Virus record (IMG/VR): IMGVR_UViG_2579778982_000025
Coordinates: 1 to 20,390 of that record
Source: a virus
Lineage: Duplodnaviria > Heunggongvirae > Uroviricota > Caudoviricetes
DNA: 20,390 nt
Strand: one strand, 5' to 3'
The stretch's first letter is position 1. Every line of letters begins with the position of its first letter. Below the pieces are notes generated by a model, which ran no database searches, had not been told where the DNA came from, and saw nothing but the letters and a program-made list of their open reading frames with translations. A program made the translations under genes and the position numbers. This document shows, one piece after another, positions 7,135-14,636 of the stretch.

Positions 7135-7422
7135 ATGGATAAAGATACTGTTTTAAAAATGTTGAATCCGGCTTGTTTAAAAAAAGCGGATGAATGGGAA
7201 TCTCCTACATGTGGAGAAGTTCGGGCAGTCATTGGCCTGACCGGAATGAGCGGCTCGCAGTTGGCCAAAAAACTAGGCTTAAAAGATAGTCGCAATGTTC
7301 GCAACTGGCAGATGTTAAAGGAGTCCACATCCAGATCCAGCATTCCGTATGCAGCCTGGGCGCTGCTGTGTTACTTCGCTGGGTTAGGGTTAATCTTCAT
7401 TGATAACAAAACAGATGTTTGA
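7135..7422 (+). CDS. hypothetical protein with putative HTH motif and hydrophobic C-terminus
   Basis: ATG 7135 preceded by GGAG (7125-7128). 95 aa, MDKDTVLKMLNPACLKKADEWESPTCGEVRAVIGLTGMSGSQLAKKLGL... ending in IPYAAWALLCYFAGLGLIFI. No family recognised. Confidence 0.5.
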   Translation: MDKDTVLKMLNPACLKKADEWESPTCGEVRAVIGLTGMSGSQLAKKLGLKDSRNVRNWQMLKESTSRSSIPYAAWALLCYFAGLGLIFIDNKTDV

Positions 7423-7445
7423 AACATGCAAATATGAGGTTTGTT

Positions 7446-7709
7446 ATGGAACTTGTACGCAAAACACGCAAAGAGTTCTTGGACCTGTATCGCATGGGAG
7501 CTTTCACTTGTGTTGTGGCTACCCAGGACGAAGTGACAAAAAGCTGGCGGCTTTTTGCTCTCAATAAAAAAGGGATTGCCGTTTTCATTGAAAAAGCCCG
7601 TGGTGGTATCCGCGAATGGGCGGGATTGAATTATGTGGCTGATTTTTGCGCAGCTATGGGGATTCGTCGCTGGGAAGTCCATATGCCAGGAGTAAAGTCA
7701 CAAAAATAG
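7446..7709 (+). CDS. hypothetical protein
   Basis: ATG 7446 preceded by GAGG with 6-nt spacing, 24 bp after the upstream gene, so likely one operon. 87 aa, MELVRKTRKEFLDLYRMGAFTCVVATQDEVTKSWRLFALNKKG.... ORF-track start 7419 is probably too long. Confidence 0.45.
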   Translation: MELVRKTRKEFLDLYRMGAFTCVVATQDEVTKSWRLFALNKKGIAVFIEKARGGIREWAGLNYVADFCAAMGIRRWEVHMPGVKSQK

Positions 7710-7891
7710 GGCTTTCGCGTCGAAAATGAGGCGAAACTGAAAACGAGATTTCATTAACAAATAAGCAACATAAAAAACGGTGGAAAACGCCCAGGAAAAC
7801 ATGATCTTTTGAGCGGATTTTTTAGATCCGACAATGAACGGTGATCCGGTGGTGCCGATAACGTCCATTATGTTAAATAGCCCCGTTTTTC

Positions 7892-7945
7892 TTGAAATTA
7901 TAACCTACGGGTTATATAGTTAGTGATATAAACTACAGGTTATAG
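7892..7945 (+). promoter_or_regulatory. sigma70-type promoter with two operator palindromes for the toxin-antitoxin operon
   Basis: TTGAAA (7892-7897) - 17 bp - TATAGT (7915-7920). Inverted repeats tataacc-tacg-ggttata (about 7899-7916) and atataaactacaggttatag (7926-7945) overlap the -10 and start region. RBS AGGA at 7944-7947. Confidence 0.55.
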
Positions 7946-7953
7946 GATTGAGC

Positions 7954-8301
7954 ATGTGGACGGTACTTTTTAGCCAGCGATTTGACGACTGGCTAAATGA
8001 GCAAGAAGACGCTCTTCAGGAAAAGGTTTTGGCTGATTTGAAAAAGCTACAGGTTTACGGACCTGAGTTACCCAGGCCATATGCCGATACCGTAAAAGGT
8101 TCTCGGTACAAAAATATGAAAGAGCTTCGCGTTCAGTTTTCTGGCCGTCCGATAAGAGCCTTTTATGCGTTCGATCCGATTCGCCGGGCCATCGTTCTTT
8201 GTGCAGGAGACAAAAGTAACGATAAACGGTTTTATGAAAAACTGGTGCGTATAGCTGAGGATGAGTTTGCAGCACATCTGAACACACTGGAGAGCAAGTA
8301 A
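7954..8301 (+). CDS. higB: type II toxin, RelE/ParE superfamily (HigB-like, phage Gp49-type addiction-module killer)
   Basis: MWTVLFSQRFDDWLNEQEDALQEKVLADLKKLQVYGPELPRPYADTVKGSRYKNMKELRVQFSGRPIRAFYAFDPIRRAIVLCAGDKSNDKRFYEKL.... Toxin-first order. Stop TAA overlaps the ATG of the downstream HTH gene by 1 nt. The ORF-track start 7948 is a TTG; ATG 7954 has the RBS. Confidence 0.7.
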   Translation: MWTVLFSQRFDDWLNEQEDALQEKVLADLKKLQVYGPELPRPYADTVKGSRYKNMKELRVQFSGRPIRAFYAFDPIRRAIVLCAGDKSNDKRFYEKLVRIAEDEFAAHLNTLESK

Positions 8302-8600
8302 TGAGAACATTAGATGAGGTGATTGCCAGCCGTTCACCTGAAAGCCAGGCGCGAATTAAAGAAATGGCAGATGAGATGATTCTTGAGGTCGGCTTGCAGA
8401 TGATGCGTGAAGAACTCCAGTTATCACAAAAACAGGTTGCTGAGGCGATGGGTATAAGCCAGCCAGCAGTAACAAAGCTGGAGCAGCGCGGAAATGATTT
8501 AAAGCTGGCGACGTTAAAACGTTACGTTGAAGCTATGGGAGGCAAATTAAGCCTGGATGTTGAGCTTCCCACAGGAAAGCGAGTAGCGTTCCATGTCTAA
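8301..8600 (+). CDS. higA: type II antitoxin, XRE-family HTH (HigA-like)
   Basis: 99 aa with central HTH (LSQKQVAEAMGISQPAVTKLEQ). Translationally coupled to the upstream toxin gene. Confidence 0.7.
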   Translation: MRTLDEVIASRSPESQARIKEMADEMILEVGLQMMREELQLSQKQVAEAMGISQPAVTKLEQRGNDLKLATLKRYVEAMGGKLSLDVELPTGKRVAFHV

Positions 8601-8612
8601 CATAATGTAAGT

Positions 8613-8640
8613 GTAAGGCCCCATTGGGGCCTTACTTATT
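8613..8640. terminator. bidirectional terminator
   Basis: gtaaggcccc-attg-gggccttac hairpin followed by ttatttactt, between convergent genes. Confidence 0.6.
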
Positions 8641-8924
8641 TACTTACCATTTTTGCGGTTTTTTTCGGACTTCATAAGCTGGCTAACGCGCCCTGGTGTG
8701 ATATTTAACATGCGGCTTACTTCAGCTTGTGATCCTACTTCCTCTACTAGCGATGCAACATAGCGAGATTTTCCTGAGGAGGTTAATCCATTATATGTTG
8801 CTCGTGCGACTTTTCCCTGAGCTTCTCTCATATCAACTAATGCCTGAGCAACTTGCTCAAAACCTTTAATTGTTACTTCTGTTAATGCTCGAATAGCATC
8901 AATTTCAGATTTTGGTTTAGCCAT
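8640..8924 (-). CDS. putative DNA-binding regulator (C-terminal HTH)
   Basis: MAKPKSEIDAIRALTEVTIKGFEQ...VGSQAEVSRMLNITPGRVSQLMK. ATG at 8924 with GAGG 6 nt upstream. ORF-track start 8936 is a TTG. Confidence 0.5.
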   Translation of the reverse strand: MAKPKSEIDAIRALTEVTIKGFEQVAQALVDMREAQGKVARATYNGLTSSGKSRYVASLVEEVGSQAEVSRMLNITPGRVSQLMKSEKNRKNGK

Positions 8925-8972
8925 TTGGTACCTCAAATTGTTTAAAATGTGTTAATTACAAAATTCAGCCGA

Positions 8973-8997
8973 TACCATGTTCAATGGTATACCATTG
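8973..8997. promoter_or_regulatory. palindromic operator candidate (CAATGGTATACCATTG)
   Basis: Perfect 16-bp palindrome at 8982-8997, overlapping a second inverted repeat TACCAT-N5-ATGGTA (8973-8989), in the divergent intergenic region between 8640..8924 and 9192..9572. Confidence 0.4.
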
Positions 8998-9085
8998 CTG
9001 AAATGTCTTTTTCAAGACCTTGCCAATAAGCTAAACAAAAATGTTTAATCATTCGCCTAAAAAAACACCAGTCACTATTATTTAT

Positions 9086-9186
9086 ATAATTATATATTTA
9101 TATAAAAAGTGCTTTACAGGTGGGAAAAAATTTCCTAAGGTTATACCCGAAACCGAGCGATACCCGCCCTGGTTAAACCGGAGATA
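9086..9186 (+). promoter_or_regulatory. repeated promoter / 5'UTR cassette, copy 1
   Basis: Near-identical to 19153..19252. Contains TTTACA - 17 bp - TAAGGT (TATGGT in copy 2) promoter-like hexamers, a ~55-nt leader and a GGAG RBS, preceded by AT-rich palindromes. Confidence 0.5.
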
Positions 9187-9191
9187 ACCCG

Positions 9192-9572
9192 ATGAGCATG
9201 ATTAAAATCCGCAAAAACGCTTTCCTTAAAATTCAAACTATCCTGGCTGGTTCTGTTGGCGTGATTTGCCGTTCTTCTTCAAGCCGCATCGATGACGGCT
9301 ACGATGATGAGTACCGTGTGTCCTCGTGCGATGAGGCTTTAACCTGGCTGAAGGAGAATCAGGAACGTGCCCAGGTATATCTGGAAACAGAGAACGGCAA
9401 TCAGATGCTGCGTATTAGCGGTCGTTATGGATTTGAAACTACATTCATGGCCTATTTTAATCAGGCTTACTTTGACAAGGAGTTGGCCTGGTACACTGAT
9501 CGCATGAGCAAAAGCGAGCCAGCCCCGATTACACCGCCGAACAATAAACCATTTTTATTCCTCGTTAAGTAA
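9192..9572 (+). CDS. hypothetical protein
   Basis: 126-aa ORF driven by the repeated promoter cassette. Acidic, no recognisable motif. Confidence 0.5.
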   Translation: MSMIKIRKNAFLKIQTILAGSVGVICRSSSSRIDDGYDDEYRVSSCDEALTWLKENQERAQVYLETENGNQMLRISGRYGFETTFMAYFNQAYFDKELAWYTDRMSKSEPAPITPPNNKPFLFLVK

Positions 9573-9580
9573 ACACAATA

Positions 9581-9607
9581 CGCAAAGTGTCATTTTGACA
9601 CTTTGCG
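9581..9607. promoter_or_regulatory. 27-bp perfect palindrome (hairpin or operator)
   Basis: cgcaaagtgtca-ttt-tgacactttgcg, 9 nt after the 9192..9572 stop and 29 nt before the XRE-family gene. No U-tract follows, so it is an operator or RNA stability element rather than a classic terminator. Confidence 0.4.
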
Positions 9608-9635
9608 AGTGTTAATATTGTGCGAGGAGGATGCT

Positions 9636-9908
9636 ATGACGGGTTATGAATTGAAATTATGGCGTCGTGGGATGAACTGGACGCAGGAGCGAGCCGCCGA
9701 AGAATTTGGGATATCGTTGGCTACATATAAGCGATATGAGAAGGGGGAGCCGCCGAGGGTCATTGAGATGGCCATTCGCGTTCTGTCGTTTGACGATATG
9801 GTGAAGGATCTTTCACACCTTGATAAAGACGCGATTCTGTTAAGGCTGCAAACCCTTGTATGGGAAAAGGTTAAAGTGTCGTCAGAATTGGAACAAGGGA
9901 TCAAATGA
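9636..9908 (+). CDS. XRE-family HTH transcriptional regulator
   Basis: MTGYELKLWRRGMNWTQERAAEEFGISLATYKRYEKGE.... RBS GAGGAGG (9624-9630). The ORF-track start 9603 is upstream of the RBS. Confidence 0.7.
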   Translation: MTGYELKLWRRGMNWTQERAAEEFGISLATYKRYEKGEPPRVIEMAIRVLSFDDMVKDLSHLDKDAILLRLQTLVWEKVKVSSELEQGIK

Positions 9909-9957
9909 TCCTTTACGGATCGTTTTATGGTGGTGTAATGTAAGCGCCAGAAAGACA

Positions 9958-9985
9958 AAAACCGCCTTGCCGGGCGGTTTTCAGT
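9958..9985 (+). terminator. rho-independent terminator
   Basis: aaaaccgcc-ttgccg-ggcggtttt hairpin, then tcag. Confidence 0.5.
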
Positions 9986-10543
9986 CTGAAATTTAAATCT
10001 TGCTTGGTAGGCTGGATTTAAAAAGACACCTCTTGATTGGGGCGGCTTTCTTGCGTCTAAAGATAATCAAATCTTTTTGCGCCTGCAACCCCTTTTTTAC
10101 TGGTGCCTGTTTCAGACTCACGCTCGCGTCGTTGTCTTTGCCACTTCGTTGGGTTCGGTGTTTTTGGGCGGAGTGGCGCGCGGGTATGCGTACAAGGGGA
10201 AAGTGTGCTGACGCAAGCCAGGAACAGCGATCTAAACTAAGTCGAGTCTGAGAAAGGCAGGAGTGCGACAACTCGCCTGTGCTCTATGAGCAGAAGAAGG
10301 TATATCAGACGACCAATGGCATGATTGTGGGCCACAGGGCGCACACGGCGGCGAAGCATTGGAAACGATGTGGAGCTATCTGGTGGCATGAGTTCCGGTA
10401 CTCGATCTCGAGCTTTTTTTGATGCTTTTGAGAAGGGGCCGGAACTCCGGTAAAGGGCACCCTGTATGGGGGGAGGGGGGGTTGTGTCTAAAGGAAGATC
10501 CAATACGATATTGCTTTACCCTTATATCTAAAAGGAGATTTCT

Positions 10544-11179
10544 ATGGGGATGCTGGTGGCGTTTATTATTAGCCTGATTTTGTGTTTCTTCGTAGTTCGT
10601 GGTGCATATCGGAAACAATGTGGCCCATCTTCTGGTAGTAAGTTCAAAGCTGTTTTAGTGAGTGGGTTTCTTGGGATTGCTACTTTTGTTGTTGTTAATA
10701 CTCTTGCTGCTGTGGCCTTGATTCCAGAAGACTCCGGCACTACGGCTACTACCGGAGCTGCTTTCGATGGCGTGACCGTAGATAAGTTTAAGCAGCTATA
10801 TAATGATGACCTTGAAGGTATCGCTACATCAGGAAAATCCACCTCCACTATAAGAATTAAGTCAGTTAAACAAGGTAACAACACCGTTGAATTTGCCATC
10901 AATTCATCTGTTAACGGTCGAGCTAGAGTTGATAAGGATGGGAAGATTTCAGAGTTATTATGGCGAGTATCTAAGCCTAGCTCTGATTCCTTGCTTTCTA
11001 TGGCCGTAGCTGTTGAAGTCTTGGATGCATCAAGTGATAGAGACACAGTGATCGCGCAGTTAGAGCAGATTGTTAAATCTGATACGCAGAAAGCTGAGTT
11101 TAAGACTAAGAGAGGCGAGTATTACGTTTCTCGTGACAAATCAGGGCACGTGTCGCTACTGATTACACCGAAATATTAA
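10544..11179 (+). CDS. membrane protein with two predicted N-terminal transmembrane helices, function unknown
   Basis: Strong RBS AAGGAG 7 nt upstream. Hydrophobic segments MLVAFIISLILCFFVV and VLVSGFLGIATFVVVNTLAAVALI, then a Ser/Thr-rich soluble domain. Confidence 0.65.
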   Translation: MGMLVAFIISLILCFFVVRGAYRKQCGPSSGSKFKAVLVSGFLGIATFVVVNTLAAVALIPEDSGTTATTGAAFDGVTVDKFKQLYNDDLEGIATSGKSTSTIRIKSVKQGNNTVEFAINSSVNGRARVDKDGKISELLWRVSKPSSDSLLSMAVAVEVLDASSDRDTVIAQLEQIVKSDTQKAEFKTKRGEYYVSRDKSGHVSLLITPKY

Positions 11180-11188
11180 GAATTGAAG

Positions 11189-11216
11189 AAGCGCCCAAAT
11201 CGGGCGCTTTGTTTTA
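11189..11216. terminator. bidirectional terminator
   Basis: aagcgccc-aaatc-gggcgctt followed by tgtttt, between convergent genes. Confidence 0.6.
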
Positions 11217-12356
11217 TGGTTTTGCACCTGCGGCCAGTTTATCCGCCGATATCTTTATCAGTTCCTGTAGTGTCCTGGCTGGTAGGTTTGCATCCAGTAC
11301 GCTGAGTATGCTGCTGTGATCTGCCTGGTCGACTACTTTGCCTGTCGGTGGTAGTAGCTTGAGCTGAGGATTCAGGTTTTCGTCAAAGCTGATCAGTGCT
11401 CTGGCGTTTCTGAGCAGATCAAGAAGTAAGGCTGATATCACATTTTCCTGAGTCATTGCTGGCAGATTTAGCGCCGCTTTGGTTTTCCCTGTTGCCTTGT
11501 CAAACTCCTTGATTAGTTCCTTCCTGTAGTTCGGTTCCGTTAATAGCCGATTATGCTCTGTTGCCGCGCGGATAATCGTTTTTTCCTGGTACAGTCGTTT
11601 AGCCAGATCACGCTCGTACTGTGTTTTTAACACGCTGCTGATAGCGTTAAAGGCTTCAATGTAGGCCAGCTTGATATCTTTCACGCTTGGACCGTCGATG
11701 CTCTCCATGAGTAAGGTAAATCCGTCTTTTGTCATGCGATAGATTGTTATTTCGCGGTCGCTTCCTTCCAGCGGTCGTTGCTCTTTAAAGAAGTGACGCG
11801 CCGCAGCCGTGCGAGGAATGCGTAGCGCATCGATGGCCATAACGATGGAATTGTTTGTGGTGCTGAATGCCTGGGCAACATCGGCTGAGGTTGTGAGTGG
11901 CTCGTTGTTGCACACTTTAATGTAAAACATCGGTTTGGCGTTGAGCGTATCGACAACCTCACGAGCATTGTTTGGCGAGACGGTAACGGTCGCGGCCGTT
12001 TGCGCGTTCTGGTTGAAGTAGCAGTCTTCCAGCCGTTCGAACACATCCCACGCTTGGTTAGTTTCAAGCATTTTGGCGTGACGTGCAGCCCCGCGTTCGG
12101 TCCAGAGGATTAGTTTTCTAACGTTATTCGCGATGGTTTGAAAATCTCTTAAAGAGATTTTCAAACTTTGGAGATCTGTACCTTTTACAACTATGAAATG
12201 TTTTCCTTCTGTAAACCGGGACTTATTACGGTGGTGATTTCTGTGAAGACATTCGACGCTACAGCCATATAGTTTGGCAAGCAGCTCCGTGGTGATAACG
12301 GGGATCTGGTTATGCAGGATAGGCTGTAGGGTGTTAACGGTCGGAAGCGTTTTCAT
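11214..12356 (-). CDS. phage antirepressor-like protein (ORF6N/Rha-type N-terminal DNA-binding domains, long C-terminal region)
   Basis: 380 aa. N-terminal ...ITTELLAKLYGCSVECLHRNHHRNKSRFTEGKHFIVVKG... resembles ORF6N-type antirepressor domains; a second similar segment ...TTSADVAQAFSTTNNSIVMAIDAL follows. Family assignment is from memory of motifs only. Confidence 0.55.
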   Translation of the reverse strand: MKTLPTVNTLQPILHNQIPVITTELLAKLYGCSVECLHRNHHRNKSRFTEGKHFIVVKGTDLQSLKISLRDFQTIANNVRKLILWTERGAARHAKMLETNQAWDVFERLEDCYFNQNAQTAATVTVSPNNAREVVDTLNAKPMFYIKVCNNEPLTTSADVAQAFSTTNNSIVMAIDALRIPRTAAARHFFKEQRPLEGSDREITIYRMTKDGFTLLMESIDGPSVKDIKLAYIEAFNAISSVLKTQYERDLAKRLYQEKTIIRAATEHNRLLTEPNYRKELIKEFDKATGKTKAALNLPAMTQENVISALLLDLLRNARALISFDENLNPQLKLLPPTGKVVDQADHSSILSVLDANLPARTLQELIKISADKLAAGAKP

Positions 12357-12640
12357 TTTGCACCTCCCATAACTACTTTGGTTACGAGGGAGATTTTTGC
12401 GTCAGAAACAGCGTTATCGTTGCTGGCGATGCGCATAGCTTCGCGCTCGATGATTTCAGCCAGGCGGAATTTATCGGCGTATGAGGCTTTCTTGAGAAGG
12501 ATCTTTACGAGGTTGACGTAATAGTCATGGGGTAAGTTTGTCATGATGATAGTTCCAGTTTTGATATTGGAATAATCACCACCGCTGACGCCAATCAGTG
12601 AGGTGGTGAGACGTACAGGGTTGGCGTAACCGGTCATCAT
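12353..12640 (-). CDS. hypothetical protein
   Basis: Stop overlaps the start of the antirepressor-like gene in an ATGA arrangement, suggesting translational coupling. Start ambiguous between 12640 and an internal ATG (MTNLPHD...). Confidence 0.4.
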   Translation of the reverse strand: MMTGYANPVRLTTSLIGVSGGDYSNIKTGTIIMTNLPHDYYVNLVKILLKKASYADKFRLAEIIEREAMRIASNDNAVSDAKISLVTKVVMGGAK

Positions 12641-12844
12641 GATACCCGGCGAGCCTTACGGCTCCCCCGCACGCCCCACCATAATTCGGGTGTAGCTGTG
12701 CTTTACGCATAAAAAAACCGCTAACGCGGTATGCGCCATGATGATTATCGGGACGCCAATCCCGACCGTAGATTTTGCTACGGCTCGGAAAGTGTCCACC
12801 AATGGCGCATTTATGTCAATACAGCGGGATTTTAACAGACTAAA

Positions 12845-12857
12845 CCACATAGTGTGG
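12845..12857. promoter_or_regulatory. operator-like palindrome CCACA-TAG-TGTGG
   Basis: Same motif class as the cI/cro operators; in the divergent intergenic region 12641-12994. Confidence 0.4.
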
Positions 12858-12883
12858 GTTTGAATGCGGGGCTTTTAATTTTC

Positions 12884-12912
12884 TTGATATGCTAAAAACG
12901 GGAATGTATAGT
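12884..12912 (+). promoter_or_regulatory. sigma70-type promoter for 12995..13534
   Basis: TTGATA (12884-12889) - 17 bp - TATAGT (12907-12912). Confidence 0.5.
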
Positions 12913-12994
12913 TCCTGTAAGGAATCAATTAGTCCTGAGTTATGGTGTTTTGTTAAAGTCGGGAACAAGAAAAAATTCAGTATGGGGATAAAAA

Positions 12995-13534
12995 ATGATT
13001 GAACTGTCAAAAAACTCATGTTTTTCAACCATTCACCTAATGATCATAAAAGAACTTAGGCTAGAAAGAGGTGTGCATCAAGGAGTACTGGCTCAAGCTG
13101 CTGGAAAAACACCAAACGCATGGACAAAGATAGAGAACGGGCAGTCTGTATTAACAGTTGACGCCCTTTTTGGTGCTTTCACAGCCCTTAATATTACTCC
13201 AGTGAATTTCATGTCATTGGTAGAAAATCTTATTCCCGAATTTAACCGTTATGGTTACTTCTTTTTCCCTGGAACAATCAGTCAGGACGAGGATAACCTT
13301 TTACCTCTGATGCTGCGTTACTTTAATAGCAAGGGGTTTGAAGCATTGAGAAATAGGCCATTCGAAAGAGTTAGCATTAGCTCAATGGGATTCTCATTTG
13401 GGGGCGGCATCCCTGTTACTCCAACTGCTGTAATGTATTGTTGCGATGAAGCATATAGAAATTGGGTCGATAACGGTGCTGATGTGGATAATCGAGATTA
13501 TCTGGAGTCATCAACAGGTCGTGGACTGTTTTAA
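12995..13534 (+). CDS. HTH (XRE-like) domain protein with C-terminal domain of unknown function
   Basis: 179 aa. N-terminal LMIIKELRLERGVHQGVLAQAAGKTPNAWTKIENGQSV is HTH-like. RBS GGGGA upstream of ATG 12995. Confidence 0.55.
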   Translation: MIELSKNSCFSTIHLMIIKELRLERGVHQGVLAQAAGKTPNAWTKIENGQSVLTVDALFGAFTALNITPVNFMSLVENLIPEFNRYGYFFFPGTISQDEDNLLPLMLRYFNSKGFEALRNRPFERVSISSMGFSFGGGIPVTPTAVMYCCDEAYRNWVDNGADVDNRDYLESSTGRGLF

Positions 13535-13553
13535 TGAGTGAAGAAACAAAAAA

Positions 13554-13580
13554 ACCGTCCTATTGAGGACGGTCCTTTCG
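13554..13580 (+). terminator. weak rho-independent terminator
   Basis: accgtcc-tattga-ggacggt followed by cctttcg, preceded by an A-run. Confidence 0.35.
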
Positions 13581-13726
13581 TGCTGATCGGATTCGCGGTC
13601 CTTTCAGCATTACGTTGTTGTATAAACAACCACGCAAGCACAAGCAGCAAATTGATTTTACTCAAAAGGTAATAATAGTCCACTATTATACATCAAAAAA
13701 TTGTGGTTCTTGTTGTGTCAGCAAAC

Positions 13727-13739
13727 TCACAGATTGTGG
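13727..13739. promoter_or_regulatory. operator-like palindrome TCACA-GAT-TGTGG
   Basis: Same motif class; flanking aaactcac matches the site at 16685. Confidence 0.35.
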
Positions 13740-13971
13740 GTAGGTTACTGATTTTGTGAAAATAAACTGTTTTTTTCGTTTAATTTCTTTCCTATTACTA
13801 ATCTTAAAATAATCGTAAAATACCTGTGGACCTTCCCGCCGATTCGCACCCGGGCACCGACTTTAGGGGAGGATTTCCTGTTGCCGTACATGCAAGCACA
13901 AGCAGCCGTGCTTGCTCTCGCGTTGTTTTCGTCGGTGGGGATGTCGTGAAACGGCCTGTAAGGGCCACACA

Positions 13972-14094
13972 ATGAAAAAATACTACATGTGTATTTTTAT
14001 CGTTGTTACTGGAGCTTTGTTTACGCCACATGGGGAGGGTTGGAAGATTACTGATAACGCTCTGAATGTGACGATAAACATTAGCAGCAAGTAG
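13972..14094 (+). CDS. small hydrophobic peptide (40 aa), candidate small membrane protein or type I toxin
   Basis: MKKYYMCIFIVVTGALFTPHGEGWKITDNALNVTINISSK. RBS AGGG 7 nt upstream. Strong terminator immediately downstream. Confidence 0.4.
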   Translation: MKKYYMCIFIVVTGALFTPHGEGWKITDNALNVTINISSK

Positions 14095-14099
14095 CGATT

Positions 14100-14123
14100 A
14101 GGCCCCTTCGGGGGCCTTTTTTA
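14100..14123 (+). terminator. rho-independent terminator
   Basis: aggcccc-ttcg-ggggcct followed by tttttta. Confidence 0.7.
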
Positions 14124-14132
14124 TGGTTGAAT

Positions 14133-14282
14133 TTAAACGCTTGAGCGCATTAAGCCTTTCAGAACTGCTTCACGTACCCATTCTGGCCTGGTGGATAGCA
14201 GGGCAAATAAGCGACCAGCTTGCAGCCGTTTGAGGTCGGTTAGACGAGTTTTCAGTAACCGTGTATATTGTTGTTCGGACAT
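14133..14282 (-). CDS. small hypothetical protein (49 aa)
   Basis: MSEQQYTRLLKTRLTDLKRLQAGRLFALL...; ATG 14282 preceded by AAGGGGA. Co-oriented with and downstream of the partition genes. Confidence 0.35.
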   Translation of the reverse strand: MSEQQYTRLLKTRLTDLKRLQAGRLFALLSTRPEWVREAVLKGLMRSSV

Positions 14283-14344
14283 AACAAATTCCCCTTGTTG
14301 TGTCGCGACGGCCAACAGTTGGCGCTGGAGGCCGTCACCTTCTC

Positions 14345-14593
14345 TTACTTCTGGTTGTATTGAGCCTTGAGTAACTCAAAAGATTTTGTCAGCACTTCTT
14401 TCAATGACATATCCATTGAGCTGGCGAATGTTTTGTACTCACGTTTAAATTCAGGGTCGACGTTAAACGCCATTTGTGCCCCACCTGATTTGGTTCTGGT
14501 TGGCGTTTCAGTCGGGTCGAAAACCTGCGGTTGTTCGATCGATGGCGGTACGCCTTTGCTGTTCTTCTTTGGTGGTTTTGATGGTGCGGCCAT
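14345..14593 (-). CDS. ParG-like ribbon-helix-helix partition / centromere-binding protein
   Basis: 82 aa with a basic, flexible N-terminus and C-terminal ...AQMAFNVDPEFKREYKTFASSMDMSLKEVLTKSFELLKAQY, resembling RHH ParG-type partners of small ParA ATPases. RBS AGAGGGG. Immediately downstream of parA. Confidence 0.55.
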   Translation of the reverse strand: MAAPSKPPKKNSKGVPPSIEQPQVFDPTETPTRTKSGGAQMAFNVDPEFKREYKTFASSMDMSLKEVLTKSFELLKAQYNQK

Positions 14594-14636
14594 GTGTATC
14601 CCCTCTTATATAAATCTATAAAACTATAATTATATA

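Noticed and set aside
6771-7142. 123-aa ORF across the hairpin-rich region downstream of the origin
   Set aside because: No RBS, and the translation is dominated by the palindromes (MQRAKARAGSSRY...). More plausibly non-coding structured DNA or RNA.
9993-10618. Four overlapping ORFs of 80-92 aa on both strands
   Set aside because: Low-complexity translations, no RBS, mutually overlapping. The region is better explained as non-coding.
12656-13028. Two minus-strand ORFs of 62-64 aa in the divergent promoter region
   Set aside because: They overlap the promoter and operator elements and the start of the 12995 gene, and have no RBS.
13745-14031. Two minus-strand ORFs of 75 aa in the long leader region
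   Set aside because: Overlapping, no RBS, and they cut across the repeated motif and hairpins. Treated as non-coding.
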